Below are positions 16,645 through 27,200 of a DNA stretch of 46,691 nucleotides, in pieces. Each line of letters opens with the position of its first letter. Position 1 is the first letter of the stretch. This DNA comes from a virus. Its lineage: Duplodnaviria; Caudoviricetes. The stretch spans positions 1-46,691 of IMG/VR virus record IMGVR_UViG_3300020445_000005. The stretch is one strand, 5' to 3'. A model generated the notes under the pieces. It did not search any database, was not told the origin of the DNA, and was given only the letters and a program-made list of their open reading frames with translations. A program made the position numbers and the translations under genes.

Positions 16645-18120
16645 GTGGCTGTAGGTCGTATATCGGGTCCGCTTTTAAAGGCAAATCTTCTGCGTAATGG
16701 CGTAGATTTAGCATTTGAGACGGATTTACTTTACTTGGATGTTAATAATAGCAGAATCGGGATTAAGACTGCATCTCCTCAATACGATTTAGACATTAAC
16801 GGAACTACAAGATCAACAGACATAGTTACAACAGGAACATCATATATAGGTGATGTTAGAATTTCTGGCAACACTATTGATTCAGTTGGCACTACATTAA
16901 ACTTAACAACTGTAGGTTCAGACAAAGTTACAGCATTAAAAACTCTTGATATTGACGATTTAAGATTTGATACAAACGTAATTTCAAGTACAGTTTCAAA
17001 TGCAAATATAGATATTCTACCACACGGATCAGGTAAGGTAGATGTACAAGGAAATTTAGCAGTTACAGGTAATATAGATATTACAGGTAATTTAGTTGCT
17101 GATGGTGATATTACAATTTCAGGTAATGTTCAAATTGGTGACGAAGCAACTGATACAATCAGTATTACAGCAGGTATTACTTCAGACTTAAAACCAGATG
17201 CATCAGGAACATATAATTTAGGTACTCCAAGTAAAAAGTGGAATGCTGTTCATTCATCTGCGGCTTACATTGATGACATACAAATAGATACAAACGTAAT
17301 TCAAAATACAGTTTCTAATGCAGACTTAGAATTAAGAACAAACGGGTCAGGATACATTATTGTTGATGACTTCTTAATGAAAGCAAACAGAATAGAAACT
17401 GCTACTAGCGATATGATATTTAATCCTGGTAGTGGAACTGTTAAGATTGACTCAACAGGTTCAGTTAGAATACCATCAGGAACAACTGCACAAAGACCAG
17501 CTGTTCCGGCAGTAGGTATGATACGTTACAATACTACTACTTCTAAATTTGAAGGATATGATGGTAACTGGATTGTATTAACAGGTGTATATGACTTAGA
17601 TGCTGACACTTATATTACAGCAGAATTAACACCAGGTGCAAATGATAACACTATTAGATTTTATTCAAATGGTACTAAAATTGCAGATATTACACAAACA
17701 GAATTTAACGTTGCTAAAATCAACGTAGATAGTATACAAATTGACGGAAATACAATTAGTACAACTACTGCTAATACAGACCTTAATTTAACACCGAATG
17801 GAACAGGTGGGGTACAAATAGACAATTTCAATATTAGCGGAAGTACTATAAATAACACTAGTAGCGGTGCTATTAGTGTGTTAGATCCAGGTACCGGATA
17901 CTTCAAAATTGAAGGTACAGACGCATTTATTGTTCCAGCTGGTACAGGTTCCGAACGTCATGCAACTCCTGTTTTAGGAATGACACGTTGGAATACTACA
18001 GATGGAAGATTAGAGATATTTAATGGAACAGTATGGGACACAGTTGCAGGTAGTTCTGGAGCAGTTTCTCAAACAGATGCACAAAACATCGCATTAGAAT
18101 TGGTATTAAGTTTAGGATAA
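16645..18120 (+). CDS. Tail fibre-like protein, paralog B (491 aa)
   Basis: GTG start; MAVGRISGPLLKANLLR...LAFETDLLYLD is colinear with 15030. Confidence 0.7.
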   Translation: MAVGRISGPLLKANLLRNGVDLAFETDLLYLDVNNSRIGIKTASPQYDLDINGTTRSTDIVTTGTSYIGDVRISGNTIDSVGTTLNLTTVGSDKVTALKTLDIDDLRFDTNVISSTVSNANIDILPHGSGKVDVQGNLAVTGNIDITGNLVADGDITISGNVQIGDEATDTISITAGITSDLKPDASGTYNLGTPSKKWNAVHSSAAYIDDIQIDTNVIQNTVSNADLELRTNGSGYIIVDDFLMKANRIETATSDMIFNPGSGTVKIDSTGSVRIPSGTTAQRPAVPAVGMIRYNTTTSKFEGYDGNWIVLTGVYDLDADTYITAELTPGANDNTIRFYSNGTKIADITQTEFNVAKINVDSIQIDGNTISTTTANTDLNLTPNGTGGVQIDNFNISGSTINNTSSGAISVLDPGTGYFKIEGTDAFIVPAGTGSERHATPVLGMTRWNTTDGRLEIFNGTVWDTVAGSSGAVSQTDAQNIALELVLSLG

Positions 18121-18123
18121 GCA

Positions 18124-18453
18124 ATGGCAACATTTTTTAAAAATAAAGTAGTAAAACAAGTAGGGCAAGTACCTATTGAAATTTTATCAGTTCCAGGTGG
18201 ATCTAAAGTTACTGCTATTGGTTTATCGATTGCAAACTTACTAGATGGTAATACTAGAGTTAGTATTCAAGTCAAAGATGAAACTAGTGTAACAGGTTAT
18301 TATGTTAAAGATGTCATGATAGCCCCGAACGCCAGTTTAAGAGCAATCAACGGAGGTGAGAAATTAGTCTTACCAGCAACAAATGGACTTATAATTACAG
18401 CAGATCAAAATGATGCTGTTGATGTAATTTTAAGTTATGTGGAGATCGTATAA
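18124..18453 (+). CDS. Small beta-rich virion protein, paralog 2 of 3
   Basis: ILSVP...TAIGLSIAN...GGEKLVL...DVILSYVEI. Confidence 0.65.
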   Translation: MATFFKNKVVKQVGQVPIEILSVPGGSKVTAIGLSIANLLDGNTRVSIQVKDETSVTGYYVKDVMIAPNASLRAINGGEKLVLPATNGLIITADQNDAVDVILSYVEIV

Positions 18454-18854
18454 TGAGTTTTAATTACGTAGGAAGTGCACCACTGGCAGGTGATACAGGT
18501 GAACGTTATTTCTATGCATTACGTAGAGATGATGATGGACAAATGTTTATTCAAAAAGTAGACATGGCATCTCCAACAGATTCAGCACAAATTAACAGAC
18601 CAGGTGGTACTGACGGTAACTATACAGAATTCCAAGCTGGAGAAGATTTCTTCGAAGGTAGAAATCCAAACCACGTATTAGTTTTTGATAACTTACTTTA
18701 TGAACAAATGCGTTGGGACGATAAAAACATTTATTATTATGTAAATGATGAAGGTGAATTAATTTTAAGAGTTAATACAAAATACGAATATGATAACGGA
18801 GTATCAGGTGATCATTTAGTGTTTGGTACTAACGCAACAGGATACGCAGGATAA
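18453..18854 (+). CDS. Hypothetical protein (133 aa)
   Basis: TAATG overlaps at both ends indicate translational coupling. Confidence 0.7.
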   Translation: MSFNYVGSAPLAGDTGERYFYALRRDDDGQMFIQKVDMASPTDSAQINRPGGTDGNYTEFQAGEDFFEGRNPNHVLVFDNLLYEQMRWDDKNIYYYVNDEGELILRVNTKYEYDNGVSGDHLVFGTNATGYAG

Positions 18855-21800
18855 TGGCACAGTTTAATTTAGCAAGAATTAGATATAACTGGAAAAACGT
18901 TTGGTTACCAGGAGCAACGTACATCAAAGATGATATTGTACGTAACGGTGGTAACACTTATGTTTGTATGGTTGGACACGTTTCCGATCAAACAAGTTTT
19001 AAAACAGATTTAACTGCAAGTCCAGGTAAGTGGTTATTAAATGCAGAAGGTTACCAATGGAAAGGTGACTGGGAAGTTAACGTAAGATATGGTGTAAATG
19101 ATTTATTCAAATACAATGGTGTTGTTTATAGAGTTTTAGAAGAACATCTTTCTAACTCAAATGCGGCAGTAGGTATTACAAACGATTTAGGTAAACTTCA
19201 AGGTTATGCTAAAACTCCAAACTGGAGAATAGACTGGACACCTGCTACAAGATATAGAGTAGATGATGTTGTTAAGTATGGTGGACTTTTATATCAATGT
19301 TTAGAAGAACATGATTCTTCAACTACGGTTGCTGGACTAGAACAAGATCAAACTAGATGGGATTTAATTAGTAGAGGTGACGATTGGAAAACAGATTGGG
19401 CACCTTCTACAAGATACAAAAAAGATGACTTTGTACGTTACGGTGGACGTATGTACAGATGTAACACAGGACATACTTCAGCGGCAACAACTATATTAGG
19501 ATTAGAACAAGATCTTGCTAAATGGGACGTTACACTTGAAGGTATTGTTTACAAAGGTGAATGGCAAAGTAATTTAGATTCATCTGGACTAAGATACAAA
19601 GTTGGAGATATTGTTAAGTATGGTCCAACATTATGGAAATGTAAAACTTATCATAGTTCATTAGCAAGTTTCGACGAAGCAAAATTTGACATATGGTGTC
19701 CTGGATTAGGATACGAAGCTGTTTGGAATACTAATGCAGTTTATCAACCAGGTGACATTGTAATATACGGAGGATACACTTATGTATCAATGACAAATAA
19801 CACAGCAAGTCCTCCAAGTGTTACTGGTGTATTCTACGAAGGCGAAAGTTTACAAGGTTTATATGACTGGGAATTAATGATAACTGGTTACCAAATGAAA
19901 GGTGAGTGGGACAGTGGTCAGGCTTACAGAACTGGTGACGTTGTTAGAAATAAAGGTTTTGTTTATATTGCTGTACAAGATAGCACTAACCAACAACCTG
20001 ATGCATTAGATCCTGAGTCAAGAGGATATTACGATCCAGGTTCAACTAGATCCACAGAAGGATCAGTTAGTATGTACTGGCAATTATTAATTACTGGTAT
20101 CTATTACAGAGGTGAATGGTATGCAAGTCAGGCATACGTACTTGGAGATATTGTTGCACACAAATCAACAACTTATAAATGTATACAAGCACACGCAGGT
20201 GATGATTCATCGCTTGTTACTCCAGACTTAGATACAACAAATAGTTATTGGATCAAATACATTGGTGGTACACCAGGTAACGTAACACAATACAGAGGTG
20301 ACTTAAGAACTCATGATGGTAGTAATCATACTAGACTTGCTATTGGTTCTCCAGGTCAAGCATTAAAACAAGTTAGTGGAGTACCAACTTGGGAAAGACT
20401 AGGCGAACAAGCAAAAGTTTACTATGTTGCACCAGGTGGTAAAGATGATTCAGGATTTGGTTTAACAATTTCGGCTCCATTTGCAAGTATCAAATATGCA
20501 ACACAATATATTTTACAAGATGAAGCCAGCAGAGCTCCAGCAACTATATTTGTAAGTACAGGAATTTATGAAGAAATAACTCCAATCAATGTACCGGCGG
20601 GTGTTGCTATTGTTGGTGATGAATTAAGAAGTACAACTGTTAAACCTAGAACAGGTTATGAAACTAATGATATGTTTAGAGTTAGAAACGGTTGTGGTAT
20701 TAGAAATTTAACAATGGAAGGAATGTCTGGTATACTAGGAACTGTAGACAACTATGGTGCACAGGTTCCTAACACAGGTGCTTATGTGGCACTTGATCCA
20801 GGTTCAGGACCAGCAGATACAACTGTATGGGTTACTAATAAATCAACATACGTACAAAACTGTACTACAATAGGTACAGGTTGTATAGGAATGAAAATAG
20901 ATGGAGCATTACACAACGGCGGAAACAAATCTATTGTTGCTAATGACTTTACACAGGTATTAAGTGATGGTATAGGTATGTGGTGTAACGCAGATGGTAG
21001 AGCAGAACTTGTTTCTGTGTTTACTTACTTCTGTCATATTGGTTACTATTGTACAGCAGGTGGTAAAATACGTGCTACTAACGGTAACAACTCATACGGA
21101 AAATATGGATCATTTGCAGAAGGAGAATTTGCGGCAGAAACTCCAATTACTGCGGTACTTAATAACAGATATTACGATGCATCAGCACCAATAGTTTATA
21201 ATAACGCAAACAGAATTTTTGGATTAGGTTATACACACGCAGGTCAAAATTATGATGATGCAACATTTACAATTACAGGTTCAGGTACTGGTGTTAGTGT
21301 TGATAACGATTTTATTGAACAACGTAACGCAAGTATTTCAGAAATAAGATTACTTGATCCAGGTGATTCAAGTTTACCAGGTGGTAGAGGACACTTAACA
21401 GGTATAAGAAACTCTGCACAAAGCGGAACTAATCTTTGGATTAAAATTGCACAATCAGATGCAGAAACTACTGCGGCAAAATATGTAGGTAGAAGTATAC
21501 TTACAGTTAATAATATTTCGGCGGCAGATGCAAACAGAGTTCAAAATCCATTAGACCATCCTATTACATATACAGGTGTAACAGGAACTTCAAATAACCA
21601 ATTTGCAAATGTTACAGGAATGACATTTACTATTGTTATTGATAATACAGGAGCCGCGGCAGTTACAATAACTAACGGTGGTGACAGTCATAGAGTTGGA
21701 GATACAATTACTATTTTAGATTCAGATATAGGTAACTTTGGTGGAGCAAACTTAACTTTCCAAGTTGCAACAATAAGTGAATCAATGCAAATCTTTATTG

Positions 21801-24175
21801 AAGAAGGTAAAGGTGTTGGACAATATGCAATTATAGATGAATACTTTATAACTACAAAACAAATTAATGTTGTTAGACCATCAGATGGCGTTAAAGGTTG
21901 GGATCATATTATTCCAGGACAAGCTATTGAATTAAGTTTAGACGGTTCAACAACTTATAGAATTGAACCTAGAGTTGAAGTTGCTAAACCAACTTATAGT
22001 GCAGATGCTAACAATACAAACCGTACAGATACTTGGATGCCTGTTGCAGGTGGAGTAGGAACTACTATGGTAGCCTTTCCGGCAACACACAGCGACAAAG
22101 CAATTTACAGTGATGCAGGTGGATCTAGTTGGTCAGCGGCAACTATTGATGTAGGATTTGTAAGACCAACTTGTATGGTAAAATGTAAAGGTAACTTAAA
22201 ATACTTTATTGCATTAGGTAATGGAACTAGAGCTAACTTGTCAACAGCAGGAACAGCCTGGGGATCAGAACCATATCCAATTACACAAAGACCTTGGGTA
22301 GATATTGCAGAAGGTCCTTTTAGTGATACATCACATACAGTTATTGCAATAGCAAGTGACTCAGATGAACTTGCATTTAGTACATCAAATGGAACTACTT
22401 GGACTTATGCGGCTTCAGGTATGGGAACAGGATTAGCACATATTAGATACGGTAATGGTAAATGGATTGCTATTAAGGCAGACGGTCTTGCTTGGGAAAG
22501 TATAGACAATGGAACAACTTGGACATCAACAACTAGAGTATGTCCAACAACTTATACTGTAACAGATTTTGCGTACGGTAATGGATTATTTGTAGTTGCG
22601 GCAAAACCAAACGGAACTGCAACGTTTCCATTTAACCCAGCAACACCATCTACGATGATTAGTGGTGGTGGATCAACTACAAGTGCAACATTTGGATTAC
22701 CTTCAACATTCTTTATAAGTGAAACAAATTATGCAGAAGGAGCCAACAACGCAACTTGGAGAGCAGTAACACATTCAGGAATTGTTAACGAACTTGATTG
22801 GGGATTAGATTACAGCGACGGAGTATTTTGTGCTGTAGACACAGCTGGTAATGTTAGAACTTCCGATGGTGGTGATGTTTGGATTTCACATAGTTCAATT
22901 AGTCCGCCAGTAGGATCATTTAGACCAAAAGTAAATCCAATGACAGGTGGAGCAGGTCCTAAATTCTTATTCATAGATACAGGATCAACTGCAACAGTTA
23001 ATAGTATTAAAACAGGAGCTCAAGCACAAATGAGAGCAACTGTTGAAACAGGAAGAATTACACAATTTGTTATGACAGAAACAGGTTCAGGTTATGATGC
23101 TTCGAATCCACCTACAGTAACAATTCATTGTACACAAAAAACTGCTGAAGCTAATAAACAAATTAGAATTAGAGATAGAGTATTAGGACAACCTGCATTT
23201 AAAAACAGAGGTGCGATGTATACTAAATTTAATGCAGTAACTATTACTGGTAACGGATTTACTGACAAGTATCAAACTGGAGGAGAAGTAATTGTTGATA
23301 ACTTAACATTATTACCAAGTCCAGGTGATAACTTAAGGTTCCCAAGTATTACAGATATCATTTATAAAATTGGAACAGCAACAACTATATCAGGTAGTGC
23401 TCCAAACATAAGAGCAAAATTAAGTATTGCACCAACAATGGGAATTCAAGAATCTCCAGAGCATGGTGAAAATGTTACAATTAGACAAAATTACAGTCAG
23501 GTTAGATTAACAGGACATGACTTCCTAGATGTAGGAACAGGTAATACAACAACTACTAACTATCCACAACTTTACACACAAGGATATGGATCAATTAATC
23601 CACCAGAACAACCTTGGGAAACACAAGAATATAATGGTGGTAGAGTTTTCTACGCAAGTACAGACCAAGATGGTAACTTTAGAGTTGGTGAATTATTTAA
23701 AGTTGAACAGTCAACAGGTATTGTTACAATTAATGCATCACAATTTGATTTATCTGGATTAGATGAATTAAGATTGGGAGCGTTTATACTTGGTGGGACA
23801 AACGCTGTAATCAGAGAATTTTCAAAGGAACAAACATTTGTTGCTAATAGTAACAGTATTGTTCCAACACAAAAGGCCGTTGCCGCATATATTCAAAGTA
23901 GAATATCAGGTGGTGGTGCAAACGTGGCCGCTAACGCACTTACGGCTGGAACTTGTAAATTTAGTCAAATAAATCACTTATCAAACACTGGTGATTTACC
24001 GATTAATATTCCAGTAGCTGTACATGGTACAAAAATGCCAGGCGGAACTATGGTTGCACAGGCATTTAACAATGTTGGTATAGATACTATGGCTATGATG
24101 GAATTTGCAGATGACTTTGAGGGGGATGGAAATTATTACAACGGTAGCGGTAACGGACACGGTGGTACTCCATAA
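18854..24175 (+). CDS. Giant virion structural protein A (1773 aa): CBM5/12-like Trp/Tyr repeats, beta-helix-like region, propeller-like insert
   Basis: About nine W....Y..DD.V.YGG..Y.C...H.S repeats at the N-terminus, YYVAPGG.D...VGDELRST beta-helix entry motif, S.D.G.TW Asp-box-like repeats; paralogous to 24209. Confidence 0.75.
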   Translation: MAQFNLARIRYNWKNVWLPGATYIKDDIVRNGGNTYVCMVGHVSDQTSFKTDLTASPGKWLLNAEGYQWKGDWEVNVRYGVNDLFKYNGVVYRVLEEHLSNSNAAVGITNDLGKLQGYAKTPNWRIDWTPATRYRVDDVVKYGGLLYQCLEEHDSSTTVAGLEQDQTRWDLISRGDDWKTDWAPSTRYKKDDFVRYGGRMYRCNTGHTSAATTILGLEQDLAKWDVTLEGIVYKGEWQSNLDSSGLRYKVGDIVKYGPTLWKCKTYHSSLASFDEAKFDIWCPGLGYEAVWNTNAVYQPGDIVIYGGYTYVSMTNNTASPPSVTGVFYEGESLQGLYDWELMITGYQMKGEWDSGQAYRTGDVVRNKGFVYIAVQDSTNQQPDALDPESRGYYDPGSTRSTEGSVSMYWQLLITGIYYRGEWYASQAYVLGDIVAHKSTTYKCIQAHAGDDSSLVTPDLDTTNSYWIKYIGGTPGNVTQYRGDLRTHDGSNHTRLAIGSPGQALKQVSGVPTWERLGEQAKVYYVAPGGKDDSGFGLTISAPFASIKYATQYILQDEASRAPATIFVSTGIYEEITPINVPAGVAIVGDELRSTTVKPRTGYETNDMFRVRNGCGIRNLTMEGMSGILGTVDNYGAQVPNTGAYVALDPGSGPADTTVWVTNKSTYVQNCTTIGTGCIGMKIDGALHNGGNKSIVANDFTQVLSDGIGMWCNADGRAELVSVFTYFCHIGYYCTAGGKIRATNGNNSYGKYGSFAEGEFAAETPITAVLNNRYYDASAPIVYNNANRIFGLGYTHAGQNYDDATFTITGSGTGVSVDNDFIEQRNASISEIRLLDPGDSSLPGGRGHLTGIRNSAQSGTNLWIKIAQSDAETTAAKYVGRSILTVNNISAADANRVQNPLDHPITYTGVTGTSNNQFANVTGMTFTIVIDNTGAAAVTITNGGDSHRVGDTITILDSDIGNFGGANLTFQVATISESMQIFIEEGKGVGQYAIIDEYFITTKQINVVRPSDGVKGWDHIIPGQAIELSLDGSTTYRIEPRVEVAKPTYSADANNTNRTDTWMPVAGGVGTTMVAFPATHSDKAIYSDAGGSSWSAATIDVGFVRPTCMVKCKGNLKYFIALGNGTRANLSTAGTAWGSEPYPITQRPWVDIAEGPFSDTSHTVIAIASDSDELAFSTSNGTTWTYAASGMGTGLAHIRYGNGKWIAIKADGLAWESIDNGTTWTSTTRVCPTTYTVTDFAYGNGLFVVAAKPNGTATFPFNPATPSTMISGGGSTTSATFGLPSTFFISETNYAEGANNATWRAVTHSGIVNELDWGLDYSDGVFCAVDTAGNVRTSDGGDVWISHSSISPPVGSFRPKVNPMTGGAGPKFLFIDTGSTATVNSIKTGAQAQMRATVETGRITQFVMTETGSGYDASNPPTVTIHCTQKTAEANKQIRIRDRVLGQPAFKNRGAMYTKFNAVTITGNGFTDKYQTGGEVIVDNLTLLPSPGDNLRFPSITDIIYKIGTATTISGSAPNIRAKLSIAPTMGIQESPEHGENVTIRQNYSQVRLTGHDFLDVGTGNTTTTNYPQLYTQGYGSINPPEQPWETQEYNGGRVFYASTDQDGNFRVGELFKVEQSTGIVTINASQFDLSGLDELRLGAFILGGTNAVIREFSKEQTFVANSNSIVPTQKAVAAYIQSRISGGGANVAANALTAGTCKFSQINHLSNTGDLPINIPVAVHGTKMPGGTMVAQAFNNVGIDTMAMMEFADDFEGDGNYYNGSGNGHGGTP

Positions 24176-24208
24176 TGATAAATAACAGTAATAAGGATTT
24201 AAACTAAA

Positions 24209-27200
24209 ATGGCTGAATTTAAACTAGGTAGAATTAGATTTGTATGGAAAGGTGCATGGGCGGCATCTACAACCTATTATAAAGACGATATTGTCAGACA
24301 CGGCGGAAGAACTTACTATTGTTCAGTTGGACATACATCAACTACACTATTCACAACAGACGAAGCTACAAAATGGAATTTATTTGCTGATGGTCAAGCA
24401 TGGCAAGGCGACTGGGTAGCAGGAACTTACTACAAACAAAATGATATTGTTAAGTATGGTGGTTACCTATATGTTGCAAACACGGCTCACACAGCAGAAG
24501 CTGATGGTGGAAGTACTGGAAAATTAGAAACTGATCAAGCTAAATGGGATTTATTCGCAGAAGGTTTTGATTGGAAAAACTTATGGACAGTTGCAACAAC
24601 TTATAAAGTAAATGACATAGTAAAATATGGTTCAACAATTTATCTTTGTAAAACAGCACATACTTCAAGTGCAACTTTTGCCGCTGACTCAGATGGTTTA
24701 GAAGCCGACCAGGCTAAATGGGATATCTTTTCAAAAGGTATTGACTGGAAAACAGATTGGACAATAGCAACAAAATACAGAGTTAACGACACAGTACGTT
24801 ACGGTGGACAACTTTATATTTGTAACGAAGGTCACTTATCAGCATCAAGTTTAGCATTAGGTTTAGAAGCGGATCAAAGTAAATGGGATTACGCACACAA
24901 AGGAATTGAATACAAATCAGTTCACGCAACTACAACAAGATATAAAGTTAACGACATTGTTAAGTACGGTGGCGGACTATGGATTTGTACAAGAGAACAT
25001 ACATCAGGTGCAACTAACCTAGCAAGTGATAATGCAGTATCAGGCGTTGTTGCAACAGTAGGATCAATTAGTGCCGCAGATGCAACAAGAACAGCTGGAA
25101 CTTACAAAGACGTTGGAGGTTCATCAGGTGGTTCAGGTACAGGACAAAGATTTACTATTGTTATTGATGGTAGTGGAGCGGCAACAGTTACAGTAACTAA
25201 TGGCGGTTCAGGACATTCTGCATCAGATGTAATTACAGTAACAAACGGATTTATTGGAGGCACAGGTGCTTCTTTAACTTTTAGTGTTGCAACGATAACA
25301 CAAACAACAAACTGGTCACAGTTTGTTCCAGGTTTAGAATTTGAAGACAGTTGGTCAAGTGCAACAAGTTACCAACCAGGTGACTTTGTAACTTACGGTG
25401 GTTACTCTTATGTTGCAAAAACAAATCACACTAACGTTGTTCCATATAACAATGCGGCAACTTGGGATTTATTTACAACTGGATTTAGTTTAAAAGGTGA
25501 CTATGCAAGTGCAACAGCGGCAGTTAACGGTACAACATCAAGTACAACTGCATTAGTTGTTGACGGAAACGTTGGAACTATTGTACAAGGCATGGTAGTA
25601 ACTGGTACAGGTATTTCTGGAACAGTAACAGTACAAACAGTAACAGATCAAAACAATTTAGTATTAAGTTCAGCACAAAGTTTAACTAACGATGTTGCTT
25701 TATCTTTTAACACAGCATACAGAACAGGTGATGTTGTTAGAGTTGGTGGTTACACTTACTTAAACATAGCTGACTCAACAGGTAACAGACCACCGAATAC
25801 AACTTACTGGGAAAAACTTAACGAAGGTATTAACTGGAGAGATACTTGGACTAACGCAACTGCTTACGATGTAGGTGATGCTGTTAGAGGTATTAACAAT
25901 GTTAACTCTTATATTTGTATAACTGCACACACATCAGATCAAGTTTCTGCACAAAACAGACCAGATCAAGATGTTGACGGTAGTGAATGGAAATTAATTT
26001 CAGGTGGTGCAGAGTCAGGCAACTTAACAACTGCTGGTGACTTATTGTACTACGGTGGATCAGGACCAACTAGATTACCAGTTGGTGTTGCAGGACAGGT
26101 ATTAAAAGTAAATGATGAAGGTAATGCTCCGGAATGGTCATATTTTGGACAAGTAGATCAAGTTTACTACGTAGGTAAAAACGGTGCAGACAATCCAGCA
26201 CCAGGATCAGGTGTTACTATTGATAAACCTTGGAAAACTTTAAGACACGCATTACAAGAAATTAGATTTGGTCCAAGAAATCCAATAGCAAAAGACATTT
26301 TAGTAAGAAACAAAGAATTCGTTATGCGTGAAGCTGGTGAAGAATATCCAGCATGGCAAGTTGCAAATGCTGGTGGATCTGGTATTTGGAATGGTTACTC
26401 ACATACAGTTGCAAAATGTAGAAGAGATATTGGCTACATTATGGACGCAATTATTTGGGATATTGGACATGGTGGTAATGAACGTTCAAGAGAGATGGCA
26501 GAAACTTTCTTTAAAGCAGGTGGTGGAAGTTATATTTCAGGACAAACTGCACAAACAGTTGAAGTTATCAATTACGCAAACACAATGTTACAAAGAATTG
26601 TACAGAACTTAACTGTTACAACAAATTATCAATCACTTAATAGTGCTTCTAATGTAGTTACACAATATACTCCAGCAAGTACAACTCCTGAATCAGGATT
26701 AACAACAGTAATTGCTAGTTTAATAGGAATTATAACTGAAGTTATTACAGCTGGAAACTTAACAGGACTAGATCCTTTAGTAAAACCAAATACAACATTA
26801 TTTGTTAAAACAGGACAGTACACAGAAGTACTTCCATTAATTATTCCTGCGGATTGTGCCGTTGTTGGTGACGAACTACGTTCAACTGACATTGGTGTTT
26901 ACCCAACAGGAACTACTTTAGTAAATGATGCTACACTTAATATGGCGGCAATCGTTAGATTAAAAGCTATTATGAGTGATTTAATTTTAGGAAATGCAAT
27001 TACAAAAACACCAGCAGGTGCAATGGTTAAAGTTGATACTTTTGGTGCCGCTGATGCAAGTAGAACAGCAGGTACATACAATGGTGTTGCTGGAGCAAGT
27101 GCAGGATCAGGTACAGTAGGAACGTTTAACGTAACTGTTGATGCTTCAACTGGTAATGTTTCAAATGTAGAAATAGTAACAGGTGGATCAGGACACGCAG

